Below, piece after piece: positions 56,118-64,000 of a DNA stretch of 64,000 nt. The stretch comes from Pristiophorus japonicus. Lineage: Eukaryota. The notes below the pieces were generated by a model, which made no database searches, had not been told where the DNA came from, and worked only from the letters and a program-made list of their open reading frames with translations. Position 1 is the first letter of the stretch, and each line of letters starts with the position of its first letter. Made by a program: the position numbers and the translations under genes. The stretch spans positions 11,408,001 through 11,472,000 of the forward strand of contig NC_092008.1 of NCBI RefSeq assembly GCF_044704955.1. Reading direction: 5' to 3'.

Positions 56118-59100
56118 GAGGCCTATAAAGGCCCAACTTGTGCAGCTCCAGCAAGGAGAAAAAGCAAAAAAGAAGTAGAAAGAAATCAAAAGGTGACGTC
56201 ACAGCCAAAGGGGTAAGTGATTGGCTGGTGATTGGTGAGTAGATTTTCTTTTTCTTTTTTATATCAGTAAGTAATGTGTTAATATTGTTATCACCAATTT
56301 AAGTTAATCTAAGGGTTAAGTCATGGCAGGAGAGCTCGGTCACATGATATGCTCCTCCTGTACCATGTGGGAACTCAGGGATACTTCCGGTGTCCCTGAC
56401 GACTACGTGTGCGGGAAGTGTATCCGCCTCCAGCTCCTGAAGGACCGCGTTGCGGATTTGGAGCTGAGGGTGGATTCACTCTGGAGAATCCACGATGCTG
56501 AGAATGACGTGAGTAGCACGTGTAGCGAGTTGGTCTTAGCGCAGGTGAAGGGTCCACAGCCAGCTAGGGAATGGAAGACCAGCAGGAAGAGCAGTGCAAG
56601 GAAGGTAGTGCAGGGGTCCCCTGTGGTCATCCCCCTGCAAAACAGATACACTGCTTTGAGTACTGTTGAGGGCAGCAGCAGCCAAGTTCATGGCACCGTG
56701 GCTGGCTCTGTTGCCCAGGAGGGCAGGAAAAAGAGTGGGAGAGCGATGGTGATAGGGGATTCAATTGTAAGGGGAATTGATAGGCGTTTCTGCGGCCGCA
56801 ACCGAGACTCCAGGATGGTATGTTGCCTCCCTGGTGCAAGGGTCAAGGATGTCTCAGAGCGGGTGCAGGACATTCTGAAAAGGGAGGGAGAACAGCCAGT
56901 TGTCGTGGTGCACATTCGTACCAATGACAATAAAAAAAAGAGATGAGGTCCTACGAGACGAATTTAAGGGGCTAGGAGCTAAATTAAAAAGTAGGACCTC
57001 AAAAGTAGTAATCTCGGGATTGCTACCAGTGCCACGTGCTAGTCAGAGTAGGAATCGCAGGATAGCTCAGATGAATACGTGACTTGAGCAGTGGTGCAGC
57101 AGGGAGGGATTCAAATTTCTGGGGCATTGGAACAGGTTCTGGGGGAGGTGGACTAGTACAAACCGGACGGTCTGTACCTGGGCAGGACTGGAACCAATGT
57201 CCTAGGGGGAGTGTTTGCTAGTGCTGTTGGGGAGGAGTTAAACTAATATGGCAGGAGGATGGGAACCAATGCAGGGAGACCGAGGGAAATAAAATGGAGA
57301 CAGAAGCAAAAGACAGAAAGGAAATGAGTAAAAGTGGAGGGCAGAGAAACCCAAAGCAAAAAACAAAAAGGGCCACTGTACAGCAAAACTCTAAAGGGTC
57401 GAAGTGTAATAAAAAGACAAGCCTGAAAGCTCGGTGCCTCAATGCGAGGAGTATTCGGAACCCAGGAGAGGGCTCTGAGCTAGTTAGAGTGGGTGAGAGT
57501 GCAGATGAACAGGAACCCAAGAAAGAATGCAAAAGGCAGGAGGCAACAGAGCAGAGTAGCACTGGGGTAAGTGTAAACCACAAGGTGATAGGAAGGGACA
57601 ATATGTATGAATATAAAGGGGCCGCAGGAGGGATCAAAACTAAAAATCATGGTTTAAAAACTAGTATTAAAACACTCTACCTAAACGCACGCAGCATTCC
57701 AAATAAAGTAAATGAGTTGACGGCCCAAATCATTACAAATGGGTATGATTTGGTGGCCATTACAGAAACGTGGTTGCAGGGTGGCCAAGACTGGGAATTA
57801 AACATACAGGGGTATCTGACAATCGGAAAGATAGACAAGAAGGGAAAGGAGGTGGGGTAGCTCTGTTAATAAAGGATGATATCAGGGCAGTTGTGAGAGA
57901 TGATATTGGCTCTAATGAACAAAATGTTGAATTACTGTGGGTGGAGATTAGAGATAGTAAGAGGAAAAAGTCACTGGTGGGCGTAGTTTATAGGCCCCGA
58001 AATAATAACTTCACGGTGGGGCGGACAATAATCAAGGGAATAATAGAGGCATGTAAAAAAGGAACGGCAGTAATCATGGGGGATTTTAACCAACATATCG
58101 ATTGGTCAAATCAAATCGCACGGGGTAGCCTTGAGGAGGAATTCATAGAATGCATACGGGATTGTTTCTTAGAACAGTATGTTACAGAACCTACAAGGGA
58201 GCAAGCTATCTTAGATCTGGCCCTGTGTAATGAGACAGGAATAATAAACGATCTACTAGTAAAAGATCCTCTCGGAATGAATGATCACAGTATGGTTCAA
58301 TTTGTAATACAGATTGAGGGTGAGGAAGTTGTGTCAGAAACGAGCGTACTATGCTTAAACAAAGGGGACTACAGTGGGATGAGGGCAGAGTTAGCTAAAG
58401 TAGACTGGGAACACAGACTAAACGGTGGCACAATTGAGGAACAGTGGAGGACTTTTAATGAGCTCTTTCATAGTGCTCAACAAAAATATATTCCAGTGAA
58501 AAAGAAGGGCGGTAAGAGAAGGGATAACCAGCCGTGGATAACCAAGGAAATAAAGGAGAGTATCAAATTAAAATCCAATGTGTATAAGGTGGCCAAGGTT
58601 AGTGGGAAACTAGAAGACTGGGAACATTTTAAATGACAGCAAAGAATGACTAAGAAAGCAATAAAGAAAGGAAAGATAGATTATGAAAGTAAACTTGCGC
58701 AAAACATAAAAACAGATAGTAAAAGCTTTTACCGATATATAAAACGGAAGAGAGTGACTAAAGTAAATGTTGGTCCCTTCGAAGATGAGAAGGGGGATTT
58801 AATAATGAGAAATGTAGAAATGGCTGAGACCTTAAACAATTATCTTGCTTTGGTCTTCACAGTGGAAGACACAAAAACCATGCCAGAAATTGCTGGTCAC
58901 AATCACAACACTAGGGAGGTAGTGTTGAACAGGCTAATGGGACTCATGGTAGACAAGTCCCCTGGTCCTGATGAAATGCATCCCAGGGTATTAAAAGAGA
59001 TGGCAGAAGTTATTGCAGATGCATTCGTTATAATCTACCAAAATTCTCTGGACTCTGGGGAGGTACCAGCGGATTGGAAAGCAGCTAATGTAACGCTTCT

Positions 59101-60520
59101 GTTTAAAAAAGGGGGCAGACAAAAGGCTGGTAACTATAGGCCGGTTAGTTTAACATCTGTAGTGGGAAAAATGCTTGAAACTATCATTAAGGAAGAAATA
59201 GCGGGACATCTAGATAGGAATAGTGCAATCAAGCAGACGCAACATGGATTCATGAAGAGGAAATCATGTTTAACTAATTTACTGGAATTCTTTGAGGATA
59301 TAACGAGCATGGTGGATAGAGGTGTACCGATTGATGTGGTGTATTTAGATTTTCAAAAGGCATTCGATAAGGTGCCACACAAAAGGTTACTGCAGAAGAT
59401 AAAGGTACGTGGAGTCAGAGGAAATGTATTAACATGGATCGAGAATTGGCTGGCTAACAGAAAGCAGAGAGTCGGGATAAATGGGTCCTTTTCGGGTTGG
59501 AAATCGGTGGTTAGTGGTGTGCCACAGGGATCAGTGCTGGGACCACAACTGTTTACAAAATACATAGATGATCTGGAAGAGGGGACAGAGTGTAGTGAAA
59601 CAAAATTTGCAGATGAAACAAAGATTAGTGGGAAAGCGGGTTGTGTAGAGGACTCAGAGAGGCTGCAAAGAGATTTAGATAGGTTAAGCGAATGGGCTAA
59701 GGTTTGGCAGTTGGAATACAATGTCGGAAAATGTGAGGTCATCCACCTTGGGAAAAAAAAACAGTAAAAGGGAATACTATTTGAATGGGGAGAAATTACA
59801 ACATGCTGTGGTGCAGAGGGACCTGGGGGTCCTTGTACATGAATCCCAAAAAGTTAGTTTGCAGGTGCAGCAGGTAATCAGGAAGGCGAATGGAATGTTG
59901 GCTTTCATTGCGAGAGGGATGGAGTACAAAAGCAGGGAGGTCCTGCTGCAACTGTACAGGGTATTGGTGAGGCCGCACCTGGAGTACTGCATGCAGTTTT
60001 GGTCACCTTACTTAAGGAAGGATATACTAGCCTTGGAGGGGGGTACAGAGATGATTCACTAGGCTGATTCCGGAGATGAGGGGGTTACTTTTATGATGAT
60101 AGAAATGAGTAGACTGGGTCTTTACTCGTTGGAGTTCAGAAGGATGAGGGGTGATCTTATAGAAACATTTAAAATAATGAAAGGGATAGACAAGATAGAG
60201 GCAGAGAGGTTGTTTCCACTGGTCGGGGAGACTAGAACTAGGGGGCACAGCCTCAAAATACGGGGGAGCCAATTTAAAACCGAGTTGTGAATCTGTGGAA
60301 TTCTCTGCCCAAGGAAGCAGTTGAGGCTAGCTCATTGAATGTATTCAAATCACAGATAGATAGATTTTTAACCAATAAGGGAATTAAGGGTTACGGGGAG
60401 CGGGCGGGTAAGTGGAGCTGAGTCCACGGCCAGATCATCCATGATCTTGTTGAATGGCGGAGCAGGCTCGAGGGGCTAGATGGCCTACTCCTGTTCCTAA
60501 TTCTTATGTTCTTATGTTAT
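56118..60520 (+). mobile_element. Near-full-length CR1-clade LINE (ORF1 Zn-finger/coiled-coil/SGNH esterase; ORF2 APE-RT), disrupted and chimeric
   Basis: ORF1 from 56323: CxxC…CxxC, GDSIVRG, DGLYL. ORF2 ~57650-60420: LNARSI, ITETWL, VVYRP, MGDFN, LDL, NDH, YLDFQKAFDKV, GVPQGSVLGP, FADE. CR1 tail at 60480-60520. Several stops and frameshifts. Confidence 0.93.
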
Positions 60521-60529
60521 TATCTTATT

Positions 60530-61265
60530 GTAACATATAAAATACTGAGAGGGCTCGACAAGGTATATGCAGAGAGGATGTTTCCCCTGATGGGGGAAAT
60601 CCAGAACTAGGGGCCATAGTTTCAGAATAAAGGACCGCCCATTTATAGAAACATAGAAACATAGAAAATAGGTGCAGGAGCAGGCCATTCAGCCCTTCTA
60701 GCCTGCACCGCCATTCAATGAGTTCATGGCTGAACATGAAACTTCAGTACCCCCTTCCTGCTTTCTCACCATAACCCTTGATCCCCCGAGTAGTAAGGAC
60801 TTCATCTAACTCCCTTTTGAATATATTTAGTGAATTGGCCTCAACTACTTTCTGTGGTAGAGAATTCCACAGGTTCACCACTCTCTGGGTGAAGAAGTTT
60901 CTCCTCATCTCGGTCCTAAATGGCTTACCCCTTATCCTCAGACTGTGACCCCTGGTTCTGGACTTCCCCAACATTGGGAACATTCTTTCTGCATCTAACC
61001 TGTCTAAACCCGTCAGAATTTTAAACGTTTCTATGAGGTCCCCTCTCATTCTTCTGAACTCCAGTGAATACAAGCCCAGTTGATCCAATCTTTCTTGATT
61101 TAAAATGAAAATGTAGAGGAATTTCTGCTCTCAGAGGATGTCACATTTTTCCACATTATACTCAATCTGCCAATTTTTTGCCCACACACTTAACCTGTCT
61201 ATGTCCCTTTGCAGATTCTTTGCATCCTCCTCACAACTTGCTTTCCCATGCATCTTTGTATCATC
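60530..61265. mobile_element. CR1 fragments (main piece 60645-61100 minus)
   Basis: [17 protein letters not shown]…QRVVNLWNSLP and an (atagaaac)n tail. Confidence 0.85.
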
Positions 61266-61269
61266 AGGA

Positions 61270-62550
61270 ATCAGGTTTTGGGTACACTGGAGATGGCTAA
61301 GGATGGAGACCTGGAAATACTGGAGTTAGCCAAGGATGGGGATCTGGGTATACTGGAATTATCCAAGGATGGGGTTCAGGGTACACTGGAGTTGTCCAAG
61401 GATGGGGACCTGTGTACACTGGAGTTGGCCAAGTATGAGGCTCAGGGTACACTGGAGATGGCCAAGGATGGGGACCTGGGTACACTGGAGTTGGCCAAAT
61501 ATGAAGCTCAGGGTACACTGGAGATGGCAAAGGATGGGGACCTGTGTACACTGGAGATGGCCAAAGATGGGGACCTGTGTACACGAGATGGCCAAAGATG
61601 GGGACCTGTGTACATTGGAGATGGCCAAAGATGGGGATCTGTGTACACTGGAGATGGCCAAAGATGGGGATCTGTGTACACTGGAGATGGCCAAAGATGG
61701 GGTTCAGGGTACACTGGACTTAGCCAAGGATGGGGAGCTGGGTACACTGCAGATGGCGAAGGATGGTGACCCGTGTACACTGGAGATGGCCAAAGATGGG
61801 GTTCAGGGTACACTGGACTTAGCCAAGGATGGGGACCTGTGTATACTGGAGATGGCCAAGGATGGGGATCTGTGTACACTGGAGATGGCCAAGGATGGGG
61901 ACCTGTGTACACTGGAGATGGCCAAGGATGGGGACCTGTGTACACTGGAGTTGGCCAAGTATGAGGCTCAGGGTACACTGGAGATGGCCAAGGATGGGGA
62001 CCTGAGTACACTGGAGTTGGCCAAATATGAGGCTCAGGGTACACTGGAGATGGCGAAGGATGGGGACCTGTATACACTGGAGATGGCCAAAGATGGGGAC
62101 CTGTGTACACTGGAGATGGCCAAAGATGGGGTTCAGGGTACACTGGACTTAGCCAAGGATGAGGAGCTGGGTACACTGCAGATGGCGAAGGATGGGGACC
62201 CGTGTACACTGGAGATGGCCAAAGATGGGGTTCAGGGTACACTGGACTTAGCCAAGGATGGGGACCTGTGTATACTGGAGATGGCCAAGGATGGGGATCT
62301 GTGTACACTGGAGATGGCCAAGGATGGGGACCTGTGTACACTGGAGATGGCCAAGGATGGGGACCTGTGTACACTGGAGATGGCCAAGGATGGGGACCTG
62401 TGTACACTGGAGATGGCCAAGGATGGGGACCTGTGTACACTGGAGATGGCCAAGGATGGGGACCTGTGTACACTGGAGATGGCCAAGGATGGGGATCTGT
62501 GTACACTGGAGATGACCAAGGATGGGCACCTGGGTAGACTGCAGCTGGCC
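61270..62550. repeat. 33-bp minisatellite (GATGGGGACCTGTGTACACTGGAGATGGCCAAG)n, ~39 units
   Basis: Direct reading; variant units recur in blocks. Confidence 0.97.
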
Positions 62551-62869
62551 AGGGTTTCGACCCCGGCTATCACAATCTGCCTCTCAGTTCGGGCATTTGT
62601 GCAGCGAAATGAAAGTGACCTGGACACTAGGAGCTCGAACGTCATCACATTGCTGACGTAAGTACTTTATTTTACAAAGCAAAGGCCCAGAAGGATTGGT
62701 TTCCATTGAAAGTTCCAGTCAATGTCCTTTAAGCGGCTTGGTACTTCCACTGGCTCTATAACCACAGGCGTCTCGGTGAAACATTTGGTCTTCAGTTGCT
62801 GGCAAGGATTGGCTACAAAAGGCGAGAGAGAAGGAAATTACAAGCGAGACAGAAATTGCACGGGGGGTT

Positions 62870-62900
<31 letters not shown>

Positions 62901-62955
62901 CAGACAGAGGGAGCGAGAGAGCAAGGGGAGAGACAGGGAGTGCACAGAGAGAGAC
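62870..62955. repeat. (GA)n microsatellite
   Basis: Direct reading. Confidence 0.9.
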
Positions 62956-62984
62956 AATTGGGCTAGATTTTAGTCTTATTTAGG

Positions 62985-64000
62985 GAGCTAAGAGTCAAAT
63001 TAAAAAGTAGGACCTCAAAGTGGTAGTAATCTCAGGATTGCTACCAGTGCCGCCTGCTAGTCAGAGTCGGAATCGCAGGATAGCTCAGATGAATACGTGG
63101 CTTGAGGAGTGGTGCAGAAGGGAGGGATTCAAATTCCTGGGACATTGGAACCGGTTCTGGGAGAGGTGGGACCAGTACAAACCGGTCGGTCTGCACCTGG
63201 GCAGGACTGGAACCACTGTCCCAGGGGGAGTGTTTGCTAGTGCTGTTGGGGAGGGGTTAAACTAACATGGCAGGGGGATGGGAACCTATGCAGGGAGACA
63301 GAGGGAAGTAGAACGGGGGCAGAAGCAAAAGATAGAAAGAAGAAAAGTAAAAGTGGAAGGCAGAGAAACCCAAGGCAAAAATCAAAAAGGGCCACATTAC
63401 AGCAAAATTCTAAAGGGGCAAAGGGAGTTAAAAAGACAAGCGTAAAGGCTCTGTGCCTCACTGCGAGGAGTATTCATAATAAGGTGGACGAATTAACTGC
63501 GCAGGCAGCTATTAACGAATATGATATAATTGGGATTACGGAGACATGGCTCAAGGGTGACCAAGGCTGGGAACTCAACATCCAGGGATATTCAACATTC
63601 AGGAAGGATAGACAGAAAGTAAAAGGAGGTGGGGTAGCGTTGCTGGTTAAAAAGGAAATTAACGCAATAGTAAGGAAGGATGATGTGGAATATGTATGGG
63701 TGGAGCTGCGGAATGCCAAAGGGCAGACAACGCTAGTGGGAGTTGTGTACAGACCATCAAACAGCAGCAGTGAGGTTGGGGACAGCATCAAACAAGAAAT
63801 TAGGGATGCTTGCAATTATCATGGGCGACTTTAATCTACATATAGATTGGGCTAACCAAACAGGTAGCAATACGGTGGAGGAGGATTTCGTGCAGTATAT
63901 TAGGTGTAATATGTCGAGGAACCAACTAGAGGGCTGGCCGTCCTAGACTGGGTGATGTGTAATGAGAAGGGACTAATTAGCAATCTTGTTGTGCGAGGCC
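62985..64000 (+). mobile_element. CR1 LINE fragment: ORF1 esterase end and ORF2 APE start
   Basis: VVISGLLPVP…VGLHL; LTARSIHNKVDEL, ITETWL, VVYRP and MGDFN. Confidence 0.9.

Noticed and set aside
61209-62661. 441-aa and 332-aa repeat proteins
   Set aside because: Products of a 33-nt minisatellite; several frames on both strands are open and an internal frameshift is tolerated.

Overview
Repeat-dense vertebrate genomic DNA. The CR1/L2/RTE LINE repertoire and tails suggest a cartilaginous fish (inference). The only host genes are two near-identical, five-exon, intact alpha-tubulin genes arranged head-to-head about 25 kb apart (15471-18876 minus; 44173-47448 plus). They encode a divergent 451-aa isotype with no C-terminal tyrosine, and a relic 3' end of a third copy lies at about 13676-13885. 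Two related class-I-like endogenous retroviruses lie on the minus strand. ERV-A (1-5389) runs off the window and is nested in a Gypsy element. ERV-B (22254-29437) has two nearly identical 543-bp LTRs but internally deleted gag, RT, IN and env. Both use a tRNA-Leu primer site and a UGA-CUA gag/pro junction, have CpG-rich leader tandem repeats, and carry an extra domain between protease and RT with two HxT motifs, a probable 2H phosphoesterase. That domain is the most interesting signal here. The rest is a 15-bp-based G-rich satellite (young homogeneous arrays inside old degenerate tracts, with strand switches), a 33-bp minisatellite, and many LINE fragments including one near-full-length chimeric CR1. 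All coordinates and alignments were read by eye; LINE boundaries are approximate.
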